Below, piece after piece: positions 12,801 to 24,173 of a DNA stretch of 64,000 nucleotides. The stretch is taken from contig NIVC01000364.1 of the NCBI GenBank assembly GCA_002269645.1, positions 558,001-622,000 of the forward strand. The letters are read 5' to 3'. A program made the position numbers and the translations under genes. The notes under the pieces were generated by a model that had not been told where the DNA came from, made no database searches, and was given only the letters and a program-made list of their open reading frames with translations. The DNA is from Macrostomum lignano. Taxonomy: Eukaryota. Numbering within the stretch: the first letter of the stretch is position 1; every line of letters starts with the position of its first letter.

Positions 12801-14109
12801 TACAGCTTGGATGCCGTGATGGGAGCTGACGGGTGCAATGAAATCCTTGATAACAAAGTCTTCAACAATACCCAGTCCTGCCCGCACCATGTTGGCAGGT
12901 AATGTTGTTGGACATTGACAATCTGCCATTTTTGCTAGCTACAATTTGCCATTCCCTGTTAGCTACAATCTGCCATTCCTGTTAGCTACAATCTGCCATT
13001 CCTGTTAGCTACAATCTGCCATTCCTGTTATCTACAATCTGCCATTTCTGCTAGTTACAATCTGCCATTCCTGTTAGCTACAATCTGCCATTTCTGTTGG
13101 CTACAATCTGTCATTTCTGCTAGTTACAATCTGCCATTCCTGTTAGCTACAATCTGCCATTCCTGTTAGCTACAATCTGCCATTCTTGTTAGCTACAATC
13201 TGCCATTTCTGCTAGTTACAATCTGCCATTCCTGTTAGCTACAATCTGCCATTCCTGTTAGCTACAATCTGCCATTCCTGTTAGCTACAATCTGCCATTC
13301 CTGTTAGCTACAATCTGCCATTCCTGTTAGCTACAATCTGCCATTTCTGTTAGCTACAATCTGCCATTCCTGTTTGCTACAATCTGCCATTCCTGTTCCT
13401 ATTAGCACAATCTGCCATTTTTGTTAGCTACAATCTACCATTCTTGTTAGCTACAATCTGCCATTCCTGTTGGATACAATCTGCCATTCCTGTTCCTATT
13501 AGCACAATCTGCCATTTTTGTTAGCTACAATCTACCATTCCTGTTAGCTACAATCTACCATTTCTGTTAGCTACAATCTGCCGTTTTGTTAGCTACAATC
13601 TGCCATTCCTGTTGGCTACAATCTGCCATTCCTGTTGGCTACAATCTGCCCCTTCCCAGATACCTGGTGCCCTACGTGATCCTGCCGCTGTACGTGATCA
13701 TCACGGAGATCCTGCTGCTGAACCTCATCATCGCCCTGTTCAGCCGCACAGTCGAAGAGATCGATTCGCGCAGCCAGTCCCTGTGGCAGTTCGAGCGGCA
13801 CGACCTCATCCAGGAGTTCCAGTCGCGCTCCTCGCTGCCGCCGCCGTTCAACGCGCTGGACCTCCTTCGCCGCCTGGTCCTATTCGTTGTCGGCCGACTC
13901 CGGCCCGACCTCCGGCCGAGCGCCGACGACGACTTCGACCAGCAGCTGGTGCTGCAGTTCCTTCTGTTCCAGGCCTTCAGCCTGCGCAACAACCGGGCCA
14001 GATCGCTGGCCGAGCAGGACAGCGAAGACGACCGGCTGATGTCCCGGGTGGCCGAGGTTGTCCGCAACGAGCTGCGCAAGTACCACCAGCACAAGGACCA
14101 GCAGCAGCG

Positions 14110-14149
<40 letters not shown>

Positions 14150-14269
14150 GAGTTGCTAGATGAGAAGCAGCGGCAGCAGCCGCCAGAGCGGCCAAGCGGC
14201 GGCGGCAGCGTCGCCGGCACGCCGGGCAGCGCCGATTTCTCGCACGCTGGCACCGACGATACTCGCTAA
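3886..14269 (+). CDS. TRPM-family cation channel with N-terminal ankyrin repeats (~1230 aa); exons 3886-4208, 5853-6043, 6808-7313, 8583-9049, 9432-9615, 9798-10274, 11184-11748, 12529-12898, 13660-14269
   Basis: Ankyrin motifs GMTPLHYA, GDYPLHRA, GNTALHRA, GRTPLHLA. TRPM-type MHR3/4 segments PMDTLAVWSVL and SCIELAANNKSARFLQTAAGQTALDKKWYG. S4-S5 WIRLLYISTVLETLGPKLKMMAKM, S6 ILLLNLIIALFS, TRP box WQFER followed by LPPPFN. Eight GT-AG introns with consistent phases; exon sum 3693 nt, divisible by 3. Confidence 0.9.
4600..5740. repeat. GA-rich minisatellite (29/38-bp units) in TRPM intron 1
   Basis: GAGTGAGAAGGTGAGAGATAAGTGAGTGAGATGAGTGA reiterated; a related stretch lies at 4218-4340. Confidence 0.95.
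6077..6715. repeat. ~52-bp minisatellite in TRPM intron 2
   Basis: CTTCATCGTGAGCACCACCCACCCTCTTGGCACTTCTAGCTCCCAGACTCCT. Confidence 0.95.
7361..7776. repeat. 14-bp minisatellite in TRPM intron 3
   Basis: TTTGACTGYCACTG. Confidence 0.95.
8266..8420. repeat. CT-rich low-complexity tract in TRPM intron 3
   Basis: (CTCTC/CTCCT)n. Confidence 0.85.
9095..9330. repeat. Degenerate ~36-bp tandem repeat in TRPM intron 4
   Basis: GATTGAGTAGATATCTATAGATTTCTAA variants. Confidence 0.75.
10425..11183. repeat. 30-bp minisatellite in TRPM intron 6, ending at the acceptor
   Basis: CAGGTACCCAGGCTCCGTCACCTTAATCCC; strict 30-nt period from 10671 to 11181. Confidence 0.95.
11780..11915. repeat. ~21-bp minisatellite in TRPM intron 7
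   Basis: CCCCTGGTCCTTCAGTGTCT. Confidence 0.9.
12070..12310. repeat. 16-bp minisatellite containing TTTAGGG, TRPM intron 7
   Basis: GTTTAGGGTTTATGAA. Confidence 0.9.
12915..13650. repeat. 23-bp minisatellite in TRPM intron 8
   Basis: CTACAATCTGCCATTCCTGTTAG. Confidence 0.95.
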
Positions 14270-14419
14270 GTGCACTTGCACTTTTTACCTATATAGTACA
14301 CGCACTTTTGAACTAATTAAGCGTTAAGCAAGTGGTAAGTAGGTAAATATATGGAGGCTCGTAGTGTACTTTTATTCTGTTAACTTCTGTTCGCTTTGAA
14401 TACCCTTTCAACCAATTAG

Positions 14420-14660
14420 TCTTACGGATGAAGTTTTAACCTAGAAATCTTACGGGTGCACTTTTAACCTAGAATTCTTGCAGATGCACTTTTAACCTAG
14501 AAGTCTTACGGATGCACTTTTAACCTAATAGTCTACTTATGATACTTTAGCCTAATAGTGTATGGATGCACTTTTTAACATAATTATCGATTGATGCACT
14601 TTTATCAGGTTAGTTTACGGATGTGCTTTTATCTTGGTAGTTTACTTGTGTACTTTTATA
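14420..14660. repeat. Degenerate ~30-bp tandem repeat downstream of TRPM
   Basis: GATGCACTTTTAACCTAGAA variants. Confidence 0.65.
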
Positions 14661-15249
14661 TGGAAAGTACATTTAAGTGTAATATTATAGTAATTGATAA
14701 GTATAAATTTGTTAGGATATGTTTTTTAAAGTTAGTACATTGCTAAAAAATTCTACTTATCATATCGAATGGATATTGAATTTGTCATTGTGAGTAATTA
14801 AACTCCCGTGGATCGAATCGAGTTGGCAAGTTGTGCTACTGTTAATAGTAGGCATAGCAAGCACGATATTCCGTGATTAATTGCTTATCATTGTCTCTTA
14901 ATCTATTGCGTAATCAGCTGTCAGCCGCTAAGCAATGCACGTATCGATTTTATGCAGCGGTTCACCGCTTAAGCATATCTTTATTCATAATTCCTTAATC
15001 ATTCATAGCGAATTTCAATAACTGTGCTATGCTACTTGGCTTTTTTCGTTGCTATTTTGCTTCAGGGATAAGGAATTTACCTGTGAGAAAATGGCTTTAA
15101 GCTGTTCTGCTTTTTACCTGATTTTCCTGGCCTGCTTTTGTGCTGTTGCCTTTGCTCAACTTGTGTCACTTTTTTAGCTCTGGCTGCCTCTTCCATCAGC
15201 CTGATTTGGCCCGGTTTTGAATTCCTGCTTCGAATCAGGTCTGTTCTGA

Positions 15250-15620
15250 TTTATCCGGATTGCTTCGGGCTCATCCTGATTGCTTCCGGTTTATCCAGAT
15301 TGCTTCCGGTTCATCCAGATTGCTTCCGGCCTATTCAGATTGCTCACAGTTTGTATGGATTGCTTCCGGCTCATCCGGATTGCTTTCCGGCTCATCCGGA
15401 TTGCTTCCGATTCAACCGGATTGTTTCCGGATTGCTTCCGGCTCATCCGGATTGCTTCCGGTTCATCCGGATTGCTTCCGATTCAACCGGATTGTTTCCG
15501 GATTGCTTCCGGCTCATCCGGATTGCTTCCGGTTCATCCTGATTGCTTCCGGCTCATCCTGATTGCTTCCGGCTCATCCTGATTGCTTCCGGCTCATCCA
15601 GATTGCTTCCGGTTCATCCA
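15250..15620. repeat. 20-bp minisatellite
   Basis: CCGGATTGCTTCCGGYTCAT. Confidence 0.9.
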
Positions 15621-16484
15621 AATTTCTTTCTAGACGTCTCATAGACAATTTCTAAGAAAATCCCAAACCGGGCCTATTTTGGTCGATCGCAGAAGCAACT
15701 GTTTTAATCTAATCTGAGCTTTGCATTCCCTCTCTCACCCCGTATGATTGTGTTAGATAATTACATACCAGTAGCTGTTGTTTCACCTTTAAATGTCTGT
15801 TTTTTCTTATTTATTATTCCTATTTTGTGATTTCGGCGCATATCTGCGAGCAATCTATCAGCTTGTTTCAGTCTAGGCTTTGTGCAATACCGGCTTTTCC
15901 TGTAAGCGTTTTTTGTCCTTTTAAATTTTTCACTGGGGCATATCGTCAATTGACGATTTTGTTAAACCTTTAATTTTCTTAAATTTATAATAAAAAAGTA
16001 AAATTGGAAGCAATGTGACTTGTCGCTTTTGCATAGGAAATTATCAAATCTTGAAAGTTTGCTATTCCATTGACTTCACTAATTGACAATGACCGGCCTA
16101 AATCTATATACTGATCCACTTACCAAGATGGTACAATGGGATCAGTGGAACTATAATGACTATAGCATGTTCACGATGTTCATGTAACCAGGTACTTCAG
16201 TTAATAACAGTACAACACAATGACTGTGAGGGTCCATGCATTTCAAATCGGTTTATTGGTTGAATTTATATATTTATTCAATTTATATTATAGGTATAAT
16301 CCATAGTATGTACGAGTATATAGGGTTATTGATTTTTGATAGAGACCTCATAAACTACTGCAAGTACACAGTGGAGGATGTGAGGCAGCCATCCCATGTG
16401 TGCTAATGAGTTGGCATGCTTAAACCTGCCGAATTTAACACATCGTATATGTACTAGGCAGTGCCAATCCTTAACTTCGTTCCT

Positions 16485-17722
16485 AGTGTTCCTTTGTTCT
16501 CCTGTTCCCTTGTTCCACTATTCCCCTGTTACCCTGCTCCCCTGTTCCCCTGCTCCCCTGTTCCCCTGCTCCCCTGTTCCCCTGCTCCCCTGTTCCCCTG
16601 TTCCCCTGTTCCCCTGCTCCCCTGTTCCCCTGTTCCCCTGCTCCCCCTGTTCCCCTGTTCCCCTGTTCCCCTGCTCCCCTACATGTTCCCCTACATGTTC
16701 CCCTGTTCTCTTGTTTCCCTGTTTCCCTGTTCCCCTGTTCCCCTGTTCCCCCTGTTTCCCTGTTCCCCTGTTTCACTATTCTCCTGTTCCCCCTGCTCCC
16801 CTGTTCCCTGTTCCCCTGTTCCCCTGTTCCCCTGTTTCAGTATTCTCCTGTTCCCCCTGTTCCCCCTGTTCCCCTGTTCCCCTGTTTCCCTGTTCCCTTG
16901 TTCCACTATTCCCCTGTTCCCCTGTTCCCCTGTTTCACTAATCTCCTGTTCCCCTGTTTCCCTGTTCCCCTGTTCCCCCTGTTTCCCTGTTCCCCTGTTC
17001 CCCCTGTTCCCCTGTTCCCCCTGTTTCCCTGTTCCCCTGTTCCCCCTGTTCCCCTGTTCCCCTGTTCCCCTGTTCGCCTGTTTCACTATTCTCCTGTTCC
17101 CCCTGTTCCTCTGTTCCCCTGTTCCCCCTATTCCCCTGTTCCTCTGTTTCCCTGTTCCCTTGTTCCACTATTCCCCTGTTCCCCTGTTCCCCTGTTCCCC
17201 TGCTCCCCTACATGTTCCCCTGTTCTCTTGTTTCCCTGTTTCCCTGTTCCCCTGTTCCCCTGTTCCCCTGTTCCCCTGTTCCCCTGTTCCCCTGTTCCCC
17301 TGTTTCACTATTCTCCTGTTCCCCCTGTTCCCCTGTTCCCCTGTTCCCCTGTTTCACTATTCTCCTGTTCCCCCTGTTCCCCTGTTCCCCCTGTTCCCCT
17401 GTTTCCCTGTTCCCCTGTTCCACTATTCTCCTGTTCCCCCTGTTCCCCTGTTCCCCTCTTCCTCCTGTTCCCCTGTTCCCCTGTTCCCCTGTTCCCTTAT
17501 TCCCCTGTTCCCCCTGTTTCCCTGTTCCCCTGTTCCACTATTTCCCTGTTCCCCCTGTTTCCCTGTTTCCTTAGCCTGTTTCCCTGTTCCCATGTACCTC
17601 CTGTTTCCTGTTCCCCTGTTCCACTATTTGCCTGTTCCCCCTGTTTCCCTGTTGCCCTGTTCCACTATTCCACTATTTGCCTGTTCCCCCTGTTTCCCTG
17701 TTCCACTATTTCCCTGTTCCCC
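16485..17722. repeat. Pyrimidine-rich satellite with 8-bp core, overlapping the protease stop codon
   Basis: (TTCCCCTG)n with CACTATT variants. Confidence 0.95.
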
Positions 17723-19992
17723 CAGAGCAGATCATGTTCATCTGGCAACGGCTTTTCTTATTGCGCGGAATGCACAGAGTGCCGGGCATCAACAGCAGCC
17801 TGGCCGAGTGGCTGCCGTTGCTGCATCGCACAGGCCGGCAGAGGTAGCGGGTCGTTTTCGGCGGCGACAGAATCTTGGCGTGGGCGGTTGGCCCCGCGAA
17901 CGCCAGCTGGCGCATGTGGCGGCACTGGTCCTCGGCTGAGCCAGCAGGACCCTCCGGCACCCAGAGCTGACTGGCTGGGTTGCTAAGCTTGCGCAGACAT
18001 CCGGCTCTCGAGCTGGATAAGAACTTTTTAATTTGACTCCGCGAAGCTGCCGAATATGTGAATAGGCGCGACAGGCGAGACAGGTGGGCGGGACGTGACT
18101 GATCGCTCTCCATCAGGTAGTTCGCCTCCCTGCTGCTGTTTGGCGGCGAGTCTGTGGCTCCTGGAAGATAGCAAGCGGAATTTTGTGGAAAATCCCCGAG
18201 CTTCCTTGCATCTCTGTCTCTCTTGACTCTCCTGACACTTTCTGTATCAGCATCTCTGTCACTCCTGCTGACTCTCCTGACACTTTCTGTATCAGCATCT
18301 CTGACTCTCATGACTCTCCTGACACTTTCTGTATCAGCATCTCTGTCACTCCTGCTGACTCTCCTGACACTTTCTGTATCAGCATCTCTGTCACTCCTGC
18401 TGACTCTCCTGACACTTTCTGTATCAGCATCTCTGTCTCTCCTGCTGACTCTCCTGACACTTTTTGTATCAGCATCTCTGTCTCTCCTGCTGACTCTCCT
18501 GACACTTTCTGTATCAGCATCTCTGTCTCTCCTGCTGACTCTCATGACACTTTCTGTATCAGCATCTCTGTCTCTCCTGACACTTTCTTTATCAGCATCT
18601 CTGTCTCTCCTGACACTTTTTGTATCAGCATCTCTGTCTCTCCTGCTGACTCTCCTGACACTTTCTGTATCAGCATCTCTGTCTCTCCTGCTGACTCTCA
18701 TGACACTTTCTGTATCAGCATCTCTGTCTCTCCTGACACTTTCTGTATCAGCATCTCTGTCTCTCCTGACACTTTCTTTATCAGCATCTCTGTCTCTCCT
18801 GACACTTTCTTTATCAGCATCTCTGTCTCTCCTGACACTTTCTGTATCAGCATCTGTCACTCCTGCTGTCTCTCCTGACACTTTCTGTATCAGCATCTCT
18901 GTCACTCTTGCTGACTCTCCTGACACTTTCTGCATTACAACATCGTGAAGTTTGTGGATTTTTTGCAAGGCACTCACCAAGCACGTGACCAAGCTCGTGA
19001 GCAATGAGCCTGGCAGTGGCGGCCGGATACAGGTCGGTGATCACTGACCGAGAGTTCGGCTGGCAGGCTGAAGCCACATAGGACAGGCCGATCAGGCGGG
19101 CCCCCTTGGGCTTCGGGCCCAAGCTGGCCGGCGGCAGAAGGCTCCGGTCCCGGGTGATCAGCATGTGGTGATCGTAGCCGCCCCTATCGTCCTTTTGCCA
19201 GTCGGCCAGAGCCTCCATGCTGAGCAGCAGCTGCAGGGCTGGGACTCGCTGTCCGAACTGTCTCAAATAGGCAATTCCAGGCGCCTTCAGGCTGGCGTAG
19301 GCCCTCGAGCGGCCCAGCACCCAGCGGATATGGATGCCGACAGCTGCCAAAGCCCGGTTGACTATGCCAAATACGGCACCGAAGTAGCTGGTGGCGGCCG
19401 CTTGTGCACCGTCTGGCGATGAAGAGAAATGACGCCACACCGACGGGTCCAGATCCAGGCGAAGCTCCAGCACGGCTGCTCCGCCGCTGCCTGAAGCGTC
19501 ACTCCCTCCTGACGATGTCAAGGTGACTTCTTTGGCAGACTTGCTGCTTGAATTCAGCTTGCAGGCGAAGCCACGCCCGGCAGCTCCGTGAATAGCCAGC
19601 GAGATGACGCTGTGACGGCTACCGTTCGAGTTCATTCGAACCAGACCTGCCAGTAGGTCGGGACCGCCGAATTTCGGGTGCGCAACAGTTGCCGTAGCTT
19701 GAATTGAACTACTGGACTTCAGTTTGTACCGGTCGGTTCTCACCTTGCCGCTCTTCCCTACCGTGGATACTGAGGACGAATGGCGTTTCAGCAACAGGCG
19801 CTTCGGCATCAGGCGGCCGGCTGTCGAGTTTTGCTTCTTTAGCAGAGGCGGAGCCAAATTAAGCTGAAGCTGGTTGCCAGATGCTTTCCAGATGACGCGC
19901 CACGCATGATCAGAGTTGGCGCAGTCGGTTGACGCTGCGCTAGCGGCTCCGATGCATACTAGTAGGATCAATAACCACTGCAGATGATGCAT
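17706..19992 (-). CDS. Secreted M12B (reprolysin/ADAMTS-like) metalloprotease, 489 aa: signal peptide, pro-region, catalytic domain, Cys-rich domain; exons 19992-18978 and 18160-17706
   Basis: Hydrophobic N-terminus MHHLQWLLILLVCIGAASA; DHHMLIT and LIGLSYVASAC strands. HELGHVL-G|GTGAGT donor and TATCTTCCAG|GA acceptor (both phase 1) give HELGHVLGATD. Met-turn NYLM, terminal helix SRSQIKKFL..GCL, then EDQC...C...C...GTLC...C...C. Confidence 0.85.
18208..18932. repeat. 45/33-bp minisatellite in the protease intron
   Basis: CTCTCCTGACACTTTCTGTATCAGCATCTCTGTCACTCCTGCTGA. Confidence 0.95.
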
Positions 19993-20522
19993 GCCGACTG
20001 ATACTTATAAATAATCTTCTGCTGAGTAGTAGCTTAAATCTATATCCTCTTGATTTCACGTTTTGAAAGACGTTTCACTACAACCGCGATATACGCTCGT
20101 ATACTGCTATTGTAGTTTCCTTTTAGACAACTGGCGAATGCTGCAATCGTTCAATAAAATCAACCGTCTATACACCCTCAGAGCTTATACATGTCAATGT
20201 ACGACTGTACGTCTGTTAATCCTCGAGTTGAGTAGCTCGCATATATTAAGTATTGATCTTGTGAGCGCAACCAGCAATGAGCCAGCAGAAGTCTCTAGAC
20301 AGCTGAAAAAGGTCTTTACAGTTTGCATTGTGCAGTGGGACGAATGAAAGTCTCAAACCCAACCAAGAGATTGCGTAGTGGCTCTCATATCATAACAGGG
20401 TCACCTGACGTGTTCACCTGACACTGCAGTTAAAAATACGCTCAAAAACCGCCATTTATACATGTAGCACAGAAATTTCTGTGTAACTTCTGTGATTTAT
20501 AGCTACTTGGATCAAGTTTATA

Positions 20523-20756
20523 CGAGGGACATTCAAAAAGTCCATGGCCTCATGCACTTTTGCTCGAGCTATGCTATAGAGATAATGCTGTGCAAGAGCA
20601 TGATAGAGAATTTGCTTCCAAGTAAGAAAAAAGAGAGAATCTGCATGCTGCCGCTCGAATAAGGCGGGCGAGGGCCGAGGATGTATGCTTCTATGGTCCT
20701 AAAGCTGAAGCTTGGGCATAAGTGCATGAGGCCACGAACTTTTTGAATGTCCCTCA
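20523..20756. mobile_element. Mariner-type MITE, 234 bp
   Basis: Imperfect TIRs CGAGGGACATTCAAAAAGTCCATGGCCTCATGCACT and AGTGCATGAGGCCACGAACTTTTTGAATGTCCCTCA, with TA on both sides. Confidence 0.85.
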
Positions 20757-22620
20757 TAAATGCATCCGAACTACATCTGGACTCATAATACGTATAGGAT
20801 CGCTACTTTATTACGTCGCCGTGATCTGCCGCAATCGATCGATCGATCTCATTTGTAGATGGGAAAGGCAATAACTTTCTATCCAAAATTGCACACATGG
20901 ATTGAAACATAACGCGGAGGCAGTATGATATGGACATTTAGATATGTAAAAAAATCTCTCGCTTTCTCGCCATCACTAAACAACAAAATACCCGGTTAGA
21001 CTGCCGAACAGCAATTAGACTGCCGAACATTTAAATGCCATAAATTGACTGCCAACCCTAATCCTATCCCTAACTTTCATGTATATTTGTACATGTAAGT
21101 TCACATGTAAATCGACGGCGTAAAATGTCTGGCAGCAGTAAAAAGTCGTCGCTTCCGCAGTCAGGCGCTGCAGTCTACTTGCTAAAACGGCCGCTGGTAT
21201 TCAAAATTCGGAAACCCCTTATGTATGCCCCCTCACCCGTCACCCGGGCCAAAAAATAGCTAAATTTACACTGCATATGTTACTTGTGCATATTTCTGTC
21301 ATTATATGACGATTCTTTTTCTGATGCATGCAATACTGATTACTGATTAATTACAAAGAGCTTAATTTCACCGTAGACTGGCCTTCAGAAATAAACTCTG
21401 GATCCGCGCCTGCCAGGCTGCTTTAGGAGTAAATTTTAGAACCCATGACCTTGCAGTGATACCTCTTCAAAAGTCAAAACCAACCTCTGCTAGCCTTAGC
21501 TTGAGCCCCGAGTTATGTGACCGCACCGCAAAGTTTAAATCCAGGAACCGTCATGCCAGCTTCTAATGCGTAACTTCTCTGCTAAAACCTAGCTTTCAGT
21601 TATATATTTAGGTTATAGGTTCCTTTAGTAGGTTATTAATTATAGCAACTTTGTTATTATGTAGCATTCTTTTTCTTCAAAACTTTTGCGCAGATGTTTA
21701 AACTAAGAAATGAATCCCGGCGCCGCCCGCCGCAACCGCATCCCGGTAGTACTTGCCGCCCGCTGGCCGGTAGCACCATAGCAGCTGCGATGCTCATTTC
21801 GAATGTGCAAATAGCTTCTTAATATCATTTTTAAAGATACGGATTATTAACACCAATATATCCAATAACGGATTATTAGCACTAATAAATATTTTTACGA
21901 TTACAATATGCTATGATATGGTGTCATGGACCTAGTTTACGAATCAGCCAGTCATCATAGGCCTACTACTTGTCTGTCATAGGTAGCTCGAATAGCTCTC
22001 AGCCATTAGCCATACCATCTCAGGCGATTTCTCAGCACTCATCAAAGAGCCGTAGGCCTAGCCCATCTAAATATCCGTGGCTAAGCTAATCGAAGCTTAG
22101 CTAAGCTAATCGAATCTAAGCTAAGCTATCGACAGAGCTTGATTTTGTAACTTAGTTATTACTTGACTAGGCCTAACTTTCAAAATTGAGGTGTAGGCCT
22201 ATTTTTACTCAGACAAAAAGATTTTTAAATTAAATAGAAAACTTTCAAAATGTCACAAGACAAGAGTCTCTACTTCTAACTTCCTAAGGCTAGTGCTTTA
22301 AAATGTAAAATATGATGACCAGTGGCCCAATTATATTAGGCCCCAATAGCTTTGGGAATCAAAATCAGGTCTTTTAGCCTATTATAGGCCTAGTTCATAG
22401 GTCCATATTGTAGACAAGAAATATACAATAGGCCTATAGTATAATACTAAAAATATCAGCAGACAATTGTACTAATAGGCTAGTGATAGTGATAAGGGTG
22501 ATAGGCATAGATAATACTAATACTCATTATTTGCATAGTACCATATAAATTGTAGTGTAGTTATTTACATGGTAACAAAAATATATTAGTTTTATACACT
22601 GTGTAGTACCTTTAGATCCG

Positions 22621-23342
22621 GGTATACTTGCAAACTTTTTATTCGTCAACTGTGTTGACAAGTTTACTATATTTCTAATTCTAGGTAAGCCTGGGTAAAT
22701 TCGTCAACTTAAGTTTAGTATAAAAAAGTATAGCGACGTAATTTGTAAAACTAGTATGCCATTGAAATTGAGTTAAAGCTACTGTAAATTAATTATATAT
22801 ATATTTACTTTCACTTTTACTTTTATGATTTTTACAGCATTTGTTTAGCTTTATTGCCAATATTGCCAATAAACTTCGTTGCCTTTGTTTTGTTGCCTAA
22901 TATTTTCACTTTTACTATTTACAATTTGCTACAGATTTGTTAATCTAAATTTTTCTTATAGAAATGCTGTGCTTTTTGCTGGGTTTTTTTAATGCTTTTT
23001 TGATTCACCTTTGTGAAATGTATAATGTACAAAACCTAATTAATCAAAAATTGAAATTTCAATAATAAAAAATTGAAATTGAATATATTTGAGTATAATA
23101 TTCAAGTATAAAAACTTAAATCTGCACTTTTTAATAGTGGACTTTGTGGGTGCTCAGATCATTGGCACAAATTGGAGCTTACTTAATTGAATAGTTGTTT
23201 AGTGAATCATGTAATCACGAATGTAATCATAAATCATGAATGAAACAACATGCAGTTGATAAATTTTACCAGTAGACAAATTTACTAGTTGACAAATTTA
23301 AATTGACGGCAGTTGATGAATAAAAATTTGATGAGTCTACCA
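22621..23342. mobile_element. Degenerate TIR element (MITE-like), family unassigned
   Basis: GGTATACTTGCAAACTTTTTATTCGTCAACTG at the left is the approximate reverse complement of CAGTTGATGAATAAAAATTTGATGAGTCTACC at the right. No clear TSD. Confidence 0.45.
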
Positions 23343-24173
23343 CCACCCATACCTTTAGCTATACCTATAGTTTAGTACCATGTTATATTTGACTATAAAT
23401 CTATCTTTTTAAAAGTGAATAAGTTATAGGCCTAATCTAATCTCATTCATTTTAAAAAAACCTTTGTACTTTGTAGTATTAATGCCAATGGTATAAGCTA
23501 ATAAAAAATGCTAAGCCTATACTATATATCATATCTAAACTATTTACCAGCTTTGCTTTTAGTTAGTTGAAATTCATTATGAAAATTAAAGATATAGGGA
23601 CAAATATTGAGTAGTCCATAATAAGATAACTATTTATAATAAGGTAAGATATTTATTTTAGTATATAAATAAAACTGTCAATATTTACATAGTTACCAAG
23701 CAAAAAATAATTTCCTAGATGATATCAAATATAATTAAATATAAAATATATTTAAATCTGAAATAATCACTAATTCTACAAAATTTGAATCAAAAGACCT
23801 ATTCCTATTTCCCTTTTTTCCTTATAGGAAAAGTTAAAGCTGCAGACAACATCCAACATGCTTTCAAAATTTTTCTAAAGTGCAATGCGCGCAGCATATG
23901 CGCGCGCTGCCCTTTCCTGCTGGCTGCTGCTCTAGCAAATAAATATAAAACATGGAAGAGGGACTAATACCTTTGTAGAAGGGGCCTATACACTTGTAAT
24001 ATCTGGTATAATGCTTAGAAATGTTCCAAAATTTGGATTTTTTAAGAGTGAACTTTGATTTGGAAAAAATTTGGAAGTCAAAATTTTGGAAAGTGTGTAA
24101 AAGAGTGGCTAAAAATAAACTAATTTGTGCTATATATACATGTATTATATACATTATAATATATATTAGGATT

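Noticed and set aside
16396-17986. Long Pro/Cys-rich and GEQGNRGT ORFs on both strands
   Set aside because: Translations of the 8-bp satellite, open in several frames; only the portion above 17706 on the minus strand is real coding sequence.
18933-18977. LHD in another frame just after HELGHVLG as the missing third His
   Set aside because: It lies after a consensus GTGAGT donor in a different frame with no usable acceptor; the 18160 acceptor gives correct spacing to the Met-turn.
20990-21200. Short duplicated TAGACTGCCGAACA plus ACCCTAATCCTATCCCTAAC, suggestive of a Helentron-type element
   Set aside because: Ends and diagnostic hairpins could not be defined.
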